Source of the DNA: the human T2T-CHM13v2.0 reference genome, Homo sapiens
DNA length: 64,000 nucleotides
Assembly: GCF_009914755.1 (NCBI RefSeq)
Contig: NC_060936.1
Direction: 5' to 3' (one strand)
The notes beneath the pieces are model-generated. The model was not told where the DNA came from and did no database searches. It was given only the letters and a program-made list of their open reading frames with translations. Below, one piece after another: positions 1 through 16,734 of the stretch. The first letter of the stretch is position 1; each line of letters opens with the position of its first letter. The position numbers and the translations under genes are program-made.

Positions 1-414
1 TCATTATACCTCTCTTATAAAGAAATAAAAATACTTTCCATTGCCTTTACTTTTGCTATTTTGATAGGTGTTTTGGGAGGAATTAGAAAAAGGAATAGTC
101 ACAATGACTCAAAACCATGCCATGTATGTGTGTTTCCTTTGTTTGCATGTTATCCTTATTATTCTTAAGAGGATACTAACTCAAATTCTTTTGGAATAGC
201 CAGGATCATAAAAACATCAAGTGTGTTTCTTACAAACCATTTCTATAATTCATAAAGAAAGAATTTAATAGTTGGAAATGTGTGTGTTGTTAATATAGTA
301 TAAAACAGGTTATTGCTTATCCCCAAGTAAATGCATACTACAGATTGATAGGAAACTTAGCTACCAAATTACAAAACTGTAGAAAAATCTCAAAATGCAA
401 TTTCAAAGGAACCA

Positions 415-865
415 ATTGTGTAAAAGCAGACATCAAGATGGAATTCATCATGCAAGGGATTTAATGGGGGAAACACCAGCAAGAGAAAATAAATGAAGAA
501 GTAACCAGAAGAAGCTTGGAGAGCTGTTAGACCATGCAGGTCTAACTCCAGTGAAGGAAGGAGAGAAGGATGAAAGCTTAAGTAGGAAACCTCTTAGACT
601 GCAATGCAATCCTAAGGAAGTTCAGCAAAGTTGCTGAGGAGTCCTTGAGCCAAAGTCTCCCACCGGAGGAATCCTTTGCCTCCCAAGAATGGCCTTGCCT
701 TAGTATTTCTACCATGTTCAGTCACAGACTTGCAGTAGCCCCTTGTAAGTCTGGCCTCTCTACAAATATAGTGTTGGATTCGGAGTGCAGCAGGTGGGAC
801 CGTCAGTTAATTATGCCTTCTGAAACAGTTTGCCGTAAGAGGCTCTTTTCCATGGCTGCCACAGG
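415..865. mobile_element. Old ERVL-type solo LTR (LTR16/LTR33-like)
   Basis: Segments such as aagcagacatcaagatgg...gatttaatgggggaaac...tagactgcaatgcaatcctaaggaag...gagccaaagt resemble the LTR16 family; boundaries approximate. Confidence 0.5.
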
Positions 866-1689
866 CATTAATATTTAACTACATTCAGAACTGAGCATCT
901 TATTTTACAATAGAGAAATTATTTCAATGTTTTCTCAAAGTAGTCACTGTTTTTGGTGGAATTTGATTTCTTAAAACTTTAAGAGGCATCTGTCACTTCT
1001 CAGCAATGTAGAACAGTATGCGAGATAAACATCTCATGACAACATCCCAGGTGATAACTAGAAAAGTTGTATTTCCATTGTTTTGATGGTGAAACTGAGG
1101 CATAGATAAGCTAAAGGAATTACCAAAGTTAACAATAAGTAAATGATACCAGAACCCAAATCACTGCTGTTTCAGTATAAGAAAGCTCCTTCTCTTTTAT
1201 ATTCATATAAATACAAATATAAGAGAAATTTCAGGGTGTTAGCATAGATACCATGCAAACACCCAGAACCAAATGGTGATCTAGATCACTGTTATACATT
1301 ACAAGAGAGGAGACTACACAGTTAAATGCATTTATTTCAGAACGAGGTTAAAAGACCCAGCTGTCTAGTCATAAACTTCCCTGTGAGACACTTAAATTTT
1401 CATTAATTATTTCATTTTCTGCCCCAGAAAATTAAAGAAAAATATTAAGGTTTTCCTAAATAAGTCTTGAGAATATATGCTCAATTCTGGGCTTCAACCA
1501 AGGTATAGAAACCTAATGTTCTTCTGGCCAGTAGCTACAAAGAGGTTAATTGATGCCTTTAAAAGAACTCCTAGCTTCAAATATTCTGACTCACATGGAA
1601 AACAATTTCCTCTATTTAATTCTATACATGGAATGGTGTGTTTTTGAATAATTTACACCTTAAAAATGAATATTTTCTCTGGCCAACTG

Positions 1690-1885
1690 TCATGAGAATG
1701 GTTCCTTGTACTTTATTAAGTCAAATGTTGAAGCAAGCAAATTGATGACCTTTGAAAGCTGAATTAAGTTATTAATGCAAAATTATTACAACTTTCTTCA
1801 TGATGATCTATTGGTCTAAAATAACTTGTTTCTGCTCAAGAAATGGTTGACAGTTGAACGATGCTTATATACTTTTAAATACATC
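1690..1885 (-). ncRNA. Candidate terminal exon of a minus-strand spliced non-coding transcript
   Basis: Minus-strand acceptor gttctttcttcatgttttatgcag|G (AG at 1887-1886); AATAAA at 1717-1712; no long ORF. Confidence 0.35.
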
Positions 1886-3629
1886 CTGCATAAAACATGA
1901 AGAAAGAACTTTATTTTCCAAAGAGTGAGCACATGTCTGTCCAACATAAGTCTCCTCAGAGCCAACTCTAACCTTATCATCTCCTCTAGTGGCTGCTCTT
2001 AGTTCCAGACTTCTGGATTTGAAAATTTTTCGGGATCCTGTGAATATTATGTAGCAAAATTTGGGAGATGGACGGAAGGGTGTGGATATTAAACTTACTA
2101 AAAACATTCTCAAGGTACCCCTGGAATAAGGTACAAAGTTAATTTGTCTTGGATTTTTAAAAATTATCTTGAACAATCCATGAATTTTGTTAGCCAGCTA
2201 CATGTATTCAAAATGATGAGCTTCATTAGTCATATTCACTCAGGTACATTATATTTCTAAAAAAACAAAAGAAAATTCATTGCCATAGAAAGTTGCTGTT
2301 TTCTCAGACTTAGAAAAGTGAAATCCCCTGTTTATTTATAACAACATTTATAGCAGTCCAAGTTTTAGAGACCATCATCGCCAGATTTTAAGTTGAGCCT
2401 GAAACAGCCTACCTCAAAGACCTCTCTTGGGTGGCTTAGTAATTTTATCTTTTTCTACTCAGGCCATCTACATAGTTACGCAGAATAAACTCACATCATT
2501 TCTTTTGCACATTTGGCTTCACTCCTTTGGGGCAAATTTACTCCTTGAATAAAACAGAATTGTAATGGGTGTCTGAGATACTTGATGATTTAAAAGGAAA
2601 CAAAACATACACTCCATGTTCAACATGCATTAGGTCATTGGCATTTTTGCATAATGATTTCATAAAAATATAGCCATGTGCGGGACTGAAAATAAATTTA
2701 TTTAAGTTTCACTCAGTAAAAAAGCATTCAAGGAAGTAATTCAAAGAGTTTAAAATAATTATTTTCATTTTCCAGTCAAAATTACTCAAATGTATTAGAA
2801 TTCGAAATCAAACAAGGGTAAAACAGTCAGAGAATCTTGACGTTTGAAAGAACCTAAGAGCCTGTCTTAATTCAGACAGTTTTAGATGTGTGTAATAAGG
2901 AACCAAATTGACATTGCTTTAAGCAAGACAGAAAATAAGTTTTCTCTTGTGCAATACTGCAGAAGAAGGCCAACTTTGCTAACAAGGATGCTGTGCTCCA
3001 TTGGGTCATCCAGGGACCCAGGATCCTATCATATCGCTCTGCATCACTAGTCCACAAAATCCAGGATTGCTCATCACTTCATTCCTATATCAGGCACACT
3101 CTAAATATTGCACATATCACTTCAGCTCATATCCCACAGCCGAAGGGATATGATGCAAAGGATGCAAAGGAGGCTGAGAGATGTATTGTTTATTCTAAAC
3201 AGTTACATGGCTAAGAAAGAAAGGCATACAATATTTCAGAGGATAAGTAAAAGTCTGTGCCCTATCGGTCATTTTAGATCTCACTACATAAAACAAATAA
3301 AAAAAAAAAACCCTATCCATGGTTTCTTCATTCCCCATGAGGTTTCTCTAATGACTAGCACTCTATAAAACACATTTAGAAACAACTACTCAAGACCAGG
3401 ATAGGAAACTAAAATGTCTTAAAGGGTCGGGCAGGTAAAGTGAATAAATGCAGCAAGTTGGGTGGGACCTGTGACAGGCAGCAGGACAATCTAAAGAGAA
3501 CATTCCCAGGTAGGTCTAAAGGGGTCCGCTGCACTCTGTACCACTAATTGCTGCTTTGCAGAATTCTGAGTCCTGAGTTACCAGATATTTCAATTTTTCA
3601 AGAGAAGCCAGAAATCTGTATTTTAGTGA

Positions 3630-6178
<2,549 letters not shown>

Positions 6179-7293
6179 GAAATCTCCTAGTAACCAATTA
6201 GTTAAAACATCTTATAATATTGTAAAGGACAGAAACACATCTACAGGCCAGATTTACTCAAGGGTCACTCAATGCAATGTGTAATCTTCTGGGCCAATCG
6301 TTTTATTTTCTAGACAAAGAAACAGAGACCTAGAGTGGTCAAGTGACTAGCCCCCAGTCACATAGCTAGCCACACCTGGTTAGTTGTTTTGTCTTTCAGT
6401 TCAATATTTCTTACGTTAGACAATCATAAAATATCAGTATGAAGTTCAGAATAAGCAAATAAAAATTATTTAAAAGTAATCTAATTCTATGCTATAATTT
6501 AGTGTTCAGCTTTGAAATGAAATAGTTGACAACAGATCAAGTGTGTGTTCCATGTCCAATTCCCTCCGAATCCCATAACTGAAAGTGAGCTCTGTTCTAT
6601 TTTCTACCCTCCTGACTTGTATTTGCCAGAGACCCAGCTGCCTGATCAGTAACACATGAGGCCGGGAAGCGTCAAAGGATATCACTGGCTACGACCCAGG
6701 AGCCAATCTTTCCTTTCTCCAGCATGGACCATTTAATTGCATACTCATATCATATCAGTGGCAGATTCATTGCAAAACACATTTTTCACTTTTATATGTA
6801 TTTTTTCTGTATGTTGTAAAGTTATATGGTTAAAATATTTTTGGCTGAAAATTTTAACTATATAAAATGGATAACATTTACTTTCTAAATGCCTGAGTTG
6901 AAATAAATTGTTCATGGATTAGTTATTAATATATGGTACTTGCATGTGCTGTTTTATCAACATTTCTATTCTTTAGAAGCTTCTTGCAGAATAATTTTAT
7001 GCTAAAGTTTTTGAGCCCAGCATGGGAAAATACCTCATATCTTATTTCTACATTATGGTGAAATATTTTGAGTCTAAACATTAGATAAAGAGCTGGGCTT
7101 ATTTTCTAATTTTTTTAAAAAAACTTTTGTTTTGATCAATCTTTCCAACACTTAAGTAGATTTTGTTCTGGTCTAGTGAATGTTATCCTAAACATATAGC
7201 AAGAGGAAAGGCTGAAAATATTAGTGTATACTCATATAATAATTCAAAAAGATAGTTTTCAAATTTGAATTTGCTTTAATTTAAAATATTTTA

Positions 7294-7337
7294 TCTCTCT
7301 CTCTCTCTCTCTCTGTCTCCCCCTCCTCTTTCTCTCT
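7294..7337. repeat. (TC)n / pyrimidine tract
   Basis: tctctctctctctctctctctgtctccccctcctctttctctc. Confidence 0.85.
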
Positions 7338-8243
7338 TTAAACCAGAGGTTTTGGTGATTTCTGTGACACTAGCAGTGGGCAAAATTAATGCCTATAGGG
7401 GGCCAGCCTCAAAATGAGTTAAGAGGTGGGTTTGGTTTGGCTGAAAAAAATATAAAATGCTTCCACTCTCTATTTCTAATGTCTTAAATCATTATATTTT
7501 ATTAATAGAATGAATTAGATCACATGGAACAATTCTAACTTCACCATTAGGAAAACACAGATACAAATGAACATGTAAAGCTGCTATTTCCTGATCACTT
7601 TCTGAAGTCTTATCTTTTTTCTCTTCTTTCTTTATTCTTCATTCTCTTTCTCTCTTCTGTTTGTTTCCATCACAGTTCCTTGTTTAATCTTTTAATTTTC
7701 CTTTAACATTCTCTCTAGTCCTCCAGTAATGAATACTGTCAGTGTATTCCTATACAGGTTGGTGTAAATCATTTATCAATTCTATTTTATTACAAATTTA
7801 CCAAATACGTATATAAGTATGTCCCTTTAGAAAAAAATTGACAAATCATTTAATAATTGCATTGAAGACAAAAACAATCCTTTGTAAGTTTAACTGAAAG
7901 CTGCCTTCTAATATACCACCCTTAACACCCAACATATGAGATGTGGTATTGATAAAAAGTTTCACACTTACTAATACACTTGAGAGGATATTTGTTTTAG
8001 AACCATATTAATTCATTTACATTTTCTTTCCTCCAGTTGTTTATCTGTAAAGTAAAAAGGTCAGAGTAGAAAATATTTTTCTGAAGTCCTGTAGCTCTAA
8101 AAATCTGCTTCTGTTTGTCTTTCTGATGACACAGTTAAGCGTTGTTTTTGAGCACCATCCCCTCAACCAAAGGAACAAAAAAGATGCATTAAAATATACT
8201 AAACTTTTGCAAATGCTGATCTTTTTCCAGGCACCTTTATCTT

Positions 8244-8674
8244 CTTTTTATTGATGCATAATATTTGTACATATTTATGGGGCATATGTGATATTTTATT
8301 ATGTACATAGAACGTGTAATGATCAAGTAAATCAGGGTACTTGGGGTATCCATTACCTTGAGTAGTTACCATTTGTATGTGTTGGGGATGCTTCAGATTC
8401 TCTCTTCTAGCCATTTTGAAATATACCATACATTTTTGTTAACTATAGTCATCCTACTCTGCTATCAAACATAGCAGAGTATTTTAACTTATTTCTTGTA
8501 TCTAACTTATTTTAACTTATTTCTTTTGTCTAACTGCATGTTTGTACCCATTAATCAAATTCTCTTTATCTCCAACCACCAGCTTCACCTCCTAGTCTCT
8601 GTTATCTATCAACTTCTACTCTATGCCTTTATGCTTCCACATGTAAGTGAGAAAACTCAATATTTGTTTTTCTG
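8244..8674 (-). mobile_element. L1MA-type 3' end fragment with TSD
   Basis: L1MA 3'UTR (atttgtacatatttatggggcatatgtgatattt...); TSD caggca(c/a)ctttatctt at 8228-8243 and 8675-8690; internal 28-bp tandem duplication at 8481-8536. Confidence 0.85.
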
Positions 8675-9339
8675 CAGGCAACTTTATCTTTAACCTAAGT
8701 AAAAAGCATTCCATTTCCACTACATTTATGGTAAAGTCTTTTGTCTTCTTAAAATTTGACCCTTTTCTTTCCTCTGCTAAAGAGAACAGCCTTGCTTGGC
8801 TAATGTGCAGGTGGTAATTTTGCTTGCATTAAACAGGGAGCAAAGATAGAAATACAATAGAAAGATAAAACCTTAAGCAACAGGAGTTAGAGAAGAAAGT
8901 TTACCTAGCATTATGGCAAGAAAAAAAAATTATTCACCAAACACAGCCAAGGGCAAATGTGGTTTCAGCCCATCCCTGTGGATCATTTCACACAAACAAT
9001 GTTGAATCACGGTCTTGATTTAAATGAATAATTAAACCAAATGAAGTACAGACCCACCCAAATGAAGGGGATCTTTACTTTCCTTGCCTCATTTTCACCC
9101 ACCACCTTCCTCAATAACAAGCTGGATGCCAAAGCTCAGGAGTAAATGAGGATGAAAAGTAGTTATCAACTCAGTGAAAATAGATTTGATCTTCTGGTTT
9201 AATTTTCTGGTTCGATCTTATTTTGCTTACTGCAGCATTCTTCTTTTTTTAAGAATGCAGTTAAACTGAGGTAGTTCAATTTACCAATTATGTGAAAAAT
9301 TAGTATGTGAAGGAAGCAATAGAAAAAAACATTGAGAGC

Positions 9340-11303
9340 ACTGTGTGTGTCACTTAACCATAGGAATACATCCTGAGAAATGTATTGTTAAGTGAGCTCC
9401 TCATCATGTGAACATGGTAGAGTCACTTCCACAAACCTAGATGGCATAACTTACCACACACCTAAGCTATATGTCATAGTCTATTTCTCCTAGGATACAA
9501 GCCTGTACAGCATGTTATTATAGCGAATACGGTTAAGTTACCATAACACATAAGTATTTGTGTATCTGAACATAGAAAAAGGTAAAAATACAGTATTAAT
9601 GATTTTTTTAAATGGCACACCTGTATAGGACACCTACCATGAATGGAGCCTGCAGGATTGAAAGTTGCTCTGGGTGAGTCAGTGAGTGAGTGGAGTGAAT
9701 GTGAAGGCCTAGGACACTACTGCACACTACTATAGACTTTATAAACACTGTACACTGAGGCTATGCTAAATCTATTTTTTTAGTTGTATTTCTTCAATAA
9801 TAAATTAACCTAGTCTTGCTATAACGTCTTTACTTTAAAAGCTTTTTAATTTTTAAAAACTTTTTGGCTCTTTAGTAGTAACACTTAGCTTAAAATACAC
9901 ACATTGTATAGCTGTACAAAAATAGTTTCTTTACATCCATATTTTATAAGTTGTTCTATTTTTACTTTTTTGCTTTTTAAACTTTCGTGTTAAAAACTAA
10001 GATGCAAATGCATACATTAGCCTAGGCCTGAACTATCTTCTCCCTCCACATCTTATCTCACTGGAAGGTCTGCAGTGGCAATAACATGCATGGAGCTGCT
10101 GTCTTCTATGATAAAAATGCCTTCTGGAATACCTCCGGACATGACTGATGCTGTTTTACAGTTTTTTATTTTATTTATTTTTAATCCCTTGAGTTTATTG
10201 AACATCAATTTTAGTACATTTTCTTTTGAAGCACCTTCTCGTACGTGTTACTCTTATTCATTTCCACCGCTACCACCCTGGTTCATGTTTTCATCATTTA
10301 AGTTTATATAAGCAGGTTATGGAGCTGTCTTAATCCAATTAGATACAAAAAGAAAAAAATATCCTTTACTTTTCATCTGCTACTTACTGTCTTAAACACA
10401 CTCTTTTGACTTTCCTTCCCTCAATTCTTTTTTTAAAATTTTATTTTATTTTATTTTAAGTTACAGGATGCATGTGCAGGAGGTGCAGGTTTGTTACACA
10501 GGTAAATGTGTGCCATGGTGGTTTGCTGCACCTATCAAACCGTCACCTAGGTATTAAGCCCCACATGCATTAGCTATTTATCCTCATACTCTCCCTCCTC
10601 CCTGCTCTTCAACAGGCCATTGACCTAGCAATCCCATTACTGGGTATATACCCAAAGGAATATAAATCATACTGTTATAAAGCTACATGTATACATATGT
10701 TCACTGCAGCACTATTCATAATAGCAAAGACATGGAATCAACCCAAATGCCCACCATTGATAGACGGGATAAAGAAAGTATGGTACATATACACCATGGA
10801 ATACTATACAGCCATAAAAAGGAATGAGATTATGTCTTTGCAGGGACATGAATGGAGCTGGAAGTCATTATCCTTAGCAAACTAACACAGGAACAGAAAA
10901 CCAAACACCTTATGTTCTCACTTATAAGTGGGAGCTGAGCAATGAGACATGGACACAGGGAGGGAAACGACCTTTTTTATAAGTATAAGGAGTACCCTCT
11001 AAAATAATGATAAAGAGTATAGTAGATACATAAACCAATAACATAGCCATTTATTATCATTATGAAGTACTATGAAGTACACATAATTGCATCTGCTGTA
11101 CTTTTATATGACTGGCAGTGCAGTAGATTTGTTTACACCAGCATCATCACAAACACATGGGTGATGTGTTGCACTATGATGTTGCAATGGCCACAATGTC
11201 TCTAGACAATAGGACTTTCTCAGCTGCATTATGATTTTATGGTACCATCACTGTACATGCAGTCCATCTTTGACCAAAACATTGTTATGTGGCACACAGC
11301 TGT
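9340..11303 (+). mobile_element. Tigger3b (MER7-type) DNA transposon, interrupted at ~10162-10968
   Basis: cacttaacc...ctgagaaatg...cacaaacctagatgg at the start; ...tgaccaaaacattgttatgtggcacacagctg at the end; sequence resumes after the insertion with ttttttataagtataaggagtaccctctaaaataatg. Confidence 0.85.
10162..10968 (-). mobile_element. Older L1PA 3' end with 5' inversion (twin priming) and probable 3' transduction
   Basis: T-rich tail 10162-10182, unique DNA 10183-10427, second T-rich tail 10428-10457, antisense L1 3'UTR 10458-~10617, sense ORF2 end and 3'UTR ~10617-10968. Confidence 0.85.
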
Positions 11304-11373
11304 ACTTTTAGGGGCAGAGAGTTAAGCAAGAGAAAGAAATAAAAGAAAAAATAATGTAATAATGGGCAGTAAG

Positions 11374-11774
11374 TGCCTTAGTTCATTTCATGCTGCTATA
11401 ATGGAATACCAGAGATGGGTAATTTATAAAGAACAGAAATTTATTTCATACAGTTCTGGAAGCTGGGAAGTCCAAGATCATGGCACCAGCAGATTTGGTA
11501 GTTCTAAGGGCCCAGTCTCTGTTTCTAAGTTGGTGCCTTGAACTCTACAGCCTCTGGAGGGAAGGAACACTGTTTCTCACATGGCAGAAAAATGGAAGAT
11601 CAAAGAAAAAGAAGCCACTCCTGAAATTCTTTTGTTTTAAGGCATCAAATCTGTCAATCAGGGCAGAGCCCTCATGGACTAATCACTTCTTAAAGGTCCC
11701 ACCTCTTAATACTGTTAAAATAGCCAATAGATTTCATCATGAGATTTTGAGGGGACTAACATTCAATTCAGCAA
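11374..11774 (-). mobile_element. MaLR solo LTR (MST/MLT1A type)
   Basis: tgccttagttcatttcatgctgctataatggaatacc...cagttctggaagctgggaagtccaagatca...ttgaggggactaacattcaa. Confidence 0.85.
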
Positions 11775-12029
11775 TAAACAAGAAAAGGGATTCTCTGTCA
11801 CTCTCTCTTCCTATGTATCTCCCCATTTCCCCCTTTCTTTATCTCTCCCGCTCTCCTTCCCTCTCTTTCTATCTCCTTGACTTTGCAGCTTCTAAACTAT
11901 CTCCTCTACTTAGGAACCTAGTCCTTGAAGAGCCATTCTTGTTCTTCTGCTCTTTACTTAGGACTCTTAGTGTTGTGTAAGTTGGGAAGGGGAGTGGGGT
12001 AGATTTACAAAGTAGTATATTCTCCACTA

Positions 12030-12500
12030 AATTGCTCTAATTCCTAACTGACTTCTCTACCATGAACTTGGCCCCTCACGAATCTATCCTCCACATCACT
12101 GCCAGAAAAATCATTCTAAAATGCAAAAATAATCACCTCATGACCATGCTTGAAGTCTTTTGAAATGACTCCTTAAGGTGTATGGATGCTGTTATCTAAA
12201 TTAGCTGAGCTCAAAGATCATCACTCCATCCCCAACTACCCTAAAATACTTATAATTTCCCAAATATCTCATACAGGGTTCATACTAAGTGCCTTAGCAC
12301 AGATTCCTCTGCATCTGGCTATTTTCTGACCATCCTTAAAGATTGACTTTGAGCCATCCTCCTCCAGGAAGCTTTCTCCTACCCATATGATTTAGTGATC
12401 TCTGCTCAACATGTGTCACAGCAAATCTTACATGTAATTATCATTATTAGATTTATTTGTCTGTCTTCTACTCACATACAAGACTGTGAGCAGGGCAGCA
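12030..12500 (+). mobile_element. L2 remnant
   Basis: tctatcctccacatcactgccaga...ttctaaaatgcaaa; cctcctccaggaagctttc; tttgtctgtcttc...agactgtgagc. Confidence 0.65.
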
Positions 12501-12894
12501 GAGTGTTAGCAATAAGGTAGGCATTAGGTGTTGGGGGATGCTAACACATAGCATTAAAATGTAGATGCTCCACCTTCATCACATACCAGTTGTATATAGT
12601 ATGCACCTAACAGTCACATCACTTCACATCCTACACCTCAGTTTCCTCATCTGTAACACCGAAAAAGGCTGGCATATAGAAAACACTTGAGATATATTAT
12701 CTAGTATAATCCACTCAATGATATCTTTTTAGTATCTCTAACCAATCTATGTTTATATCTATAGCTATATCTACGTCTATACCTTTGTATTTGTCTAGAG
12801 AATAATAGAACCTAGACCCTGTTGTGACTCTTAATATAGTTACATCTAAAGGCTACTCCAGTAGGGTTCTACTGTCTCAGAAATGTGCTCCAGA

Positions 12895-13245
12895 AGCCAG
12901 TTATAGATAAATATGCCAAATACTCTTTAAATTAAACATGTTCAATAGACACATTAGGATGTCACAGAATCTAAAAAAGACCTCAAGCCAAATTTTTTAT
13001 TTTATTCAACCAGAACACACTATATACTCCTTCCTTGAGATGGTCTTAGTTTATGCCTTTACTTCTGGCATAATGATTAATAGTATCCCTTTTCACTTTC
13101 AAACATGTCCTGATTTGGACAATTAATTATATAACCATTCTATTTGTGGCTCATGCTGATTCTGATTGGTCATAAGTCATAGTGTTTTCTTCTGATTGGT
13201 CAGTGTCTGTGCAACACCAGTTGTTAAATATTTTTAAATAATTTA
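12895..13245 (+). mobile_element. MER63-like hAT-Blackjack transposon
   Basis: tgtcctgatttggacaattaattatataacc and tctgattggtcagtg...ccagttgttaaatatttt. Confidence 0.5.
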
Positions 13246-14649
13246 TATGCCTGTGAGATAACTGAGGCATGGAAACGTGACATTATTTTTTTTGTAAAAT
13301 AATTCATTCCTATAAAATGAATTGAATTCAAATTCATTAAATCCTTAGGATAAGAAAAATGAGAAGAACAAGACAAAAGAGAACCTACTTCACCCTCTAA
13401 GGACTGACCTGAAAACAGAAAAAAGACGTGGGCAATTTTGATTCTCACTGGCAATACCTTCCTCATTCCCACCCTTTCCACCTGGACTCTCTCTCTTCTT
13501 TCTGGTTTCTCTTAGGTTCAGTGACTGTTGAGTATATTTGTTCTTTATTACCTCCCTAACCTCACAGGAACTTAAGGTGCTAACCTAGACACCCAGTTGT
13601 TCCGTCTGCTCAAAATGGAAACTCAAACTATTGTCTCTTCTTTATATAAGCACTCTCCATTGATTTGCAGATGATTTAGATAGAACTGTCTTCTACTTGA
13701 TCAGTCATAGAATTCCTTCAAAGAGTATATATCCTTGAAAGGCAGGGCAAGAACATCGAGTTCTGTACTTAAGCAAACATTATCCTTGCCATATCCATAA
13801 GGCTGTCCTTCTTAAACTAAAAGGATAATGAGAATTGTACCATACAATCATTTAGTGAAGAGAAAATGTTTCTGCCAAAGACTTTTTAATGTGAATTAAA
13901 TTTTCATGTTAAGAAAAGCTATGCCATAAATATAGGATAAAGTGCTTCCCAAGAATCTTGAGGAAGAACCTTTTCCACTTCCCCAGGAGGCTTAAGGAGT
14001 TAAGATCTAAGATCTAAACAGTAAATCATGGTGTTTATTCCATGATTTCCTACAGATAGAGATAGAGTTGTAGTGGTTCAGGTTGGGGCTTAACAAAGTT
14101 ATTTTAGTCCCAGTAAAGGTCTACTTATCTTCTGTCTATTTATTGCCAGCCATATGAAACATCTTCCAAAAAACATAGTGAAATGTGTAGGAAGTTGAAT
14201 AGCGATGAATAAACCCAATAAAAACCATAATAATAATCCTTTAGAAGAAACCGCTGTTCTGATTTCTTTTACCATCAGAGTTTTCTGTTCCAGACTTTGA
14301 TATTAACATAATTATACAACATGTATTATTTTAGGCCAATGAGTGCCACAGAGCTGCTTGTGTTTGGATTTTTTTTCTGGGGGGGGGGGGTTCCAATTAA
14401 CCTATCAAGTTAGACCTACCCAGAGTAGTTTTTGCTTGTCCTCTATTGACCTACTGCTATTTCAACATAAATAGACACAAAAGGTTCATGAAAAAAGTAA
14501 ATCCTTTGTTCATGTGTACCTAATACACCAACATATTTTTGTTATTGGGAAAGAATTTCTCAGGTCATTTGGTACATCAAAGATTGATATTTCAAAAAAG
14601 CAGAAATGATATAGCTTCAACAGAAGCTCTAAATCATAACCTCTAAATC

Positions 14650-14870
14650 TCTAAATGAAACTGCCTGGGCCTAAATCTTGGCTCCATCACTTACTCACTT
14701 ACCTTAAGGTAAGTTACTTCTTTCTCTGCCTGTTACACATTTGTAAAGTGATGAATGTTATAGAATCATCCTCATAGAGCTGCTATGAGGATTAGATCAG
14801 TTCATATATAGAAAGCATTTACCACGGTGCCTGGCACAGAGCAAGCACACAGTAATGCTTTAGCTGTTAT
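14650..14870 (+). mobile_element. MIR
   Basis: ctgcctggg...aatcttggctccatcacttact...ctcatagagctgctatgaggatta...gtgcctggcacaga. Confidence 0.8.
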
Positions 14871-15132
14871 TACAGATACAAGTAATATGTGAATTTAAAC
14901 ATATCAAACAAACATATTTTACTTTTGTATTATATGAAAGTCACTGTTCCCATGGGACATAAAAATATATCAAAAACAAGAGAAAAGAATACAAAATTTA
15001 TCTATTATAATTCATTATGTTATGCTAAGTTACCCCTAGAAAGTGGTTTTCTATTGTTAAAAATAGAAAAAAATATAAATATAAAGGTGTTTAAACTTTC
15101 TACTACCTGCTGTTGTCTACACATCAGGATAG

Positions 15133-15611
<479 letters not shown>

Positions 15612-16734
15612 TCTCTCTCTCTTCTTTTCATATTTTATCTTATTTTCATGGATTTTTACCCTTGCTGTATATAATTCTTAAAATACATGTCCCAAAATTA
15701 TGTTGCCATCAGAATTGCATCATAGAAATATCCTTTTAGTTATCCTAGTAGCTAAAAATAAAATAAAAATTTAAAAGCATGTTGAAACACATAGTACCTT
15801 CTAGAAGGTTTGTGGTTACAAAGTAAGAATCAGATTGATATCATATACATACTTGAAAATGTTTTTTCATACCGTATGTTTTCCAATCCTTCTGAATGAT
15901 TGTACTCTCTTTAATTAATAAAAATACTTCTTGTTTCCCTTTAAGAGACAATTTATCTGCTTCTGTAAAATACAGGCAGGATAAAATTTGTTTAACTCTA
16001 ATTTTTTATCTTCTCTTTATTTAATGTTTTCTATTTAAATATGTTAAAAGCCTAAATAAATATGTTCTCTCTTAAGGTTAAGATTTTTGTTCCTGCAGTA
16101 AAGCAATTTTCATAATATTCTGATCATGTGAGCACAAGTTAACAAATTCCTCAATATTCACAAGTTCACTTATCAGGGCAGGTTCACAGTGATTTCATTT
16201 ATCAGTATTAACTTCTATTTGCTCCCAGAGAAGAATTTTTCACATATGGTTTTTCTAACTCTATTTTGTGTCCCTCTTTTTCATATTTCCATTGCCATAT
16301 TCTGTTTTATTCAAGCAGCTTAAAACATCACAGTGTCTCTCTACCCATGCAACATTGTCTTTTCATTTCTATAATATGCACTTTTTTATTTTAATAGAAT
16401 CTTGGACTGCTTAGTTGTATTTCTAGAACATCAAGCCAGAAGTTCTTGCTATTTTTTCCAGTTATTTCTTCCAAAATATATCACATTACTTTACTCTTAA
16501 AGCTTACATCATTCTCTTTCATCCCTGGCAAAGAATGACTACAACTATGCCTCTTGGAGTAATACTTAGTTATTTGATAATCAAAATTCTCATAGCATAT
16601 TCTCCAGGCATCCCATGCTGATTTATTTTTGACTCTTTTTCTGGTAATAAAACATTGCTTAAAAAAATTCTGTGATGTCTGATTCATGGCTTCAAATAGA
16701 CTTTCCCTTTCCCATTTTGACCTTTCCTTTCTTG

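Noticed and set aside
11480-11980. 166-aa ORF
   Set aside because: Runs through an MST LTR and a pyrimidine tract, with no recognisable domain
13157-13203. Twin TTCTGATTGGTCA (CCAAT) boxes as a promoter
   Set aside because: They lie within a MER63-like transposon, with no other promoter evidence
14371-14390. T8/G12 homopolymer as a functional G-quadruplex
   Set aside because: A single short run, best explained as a slippage product
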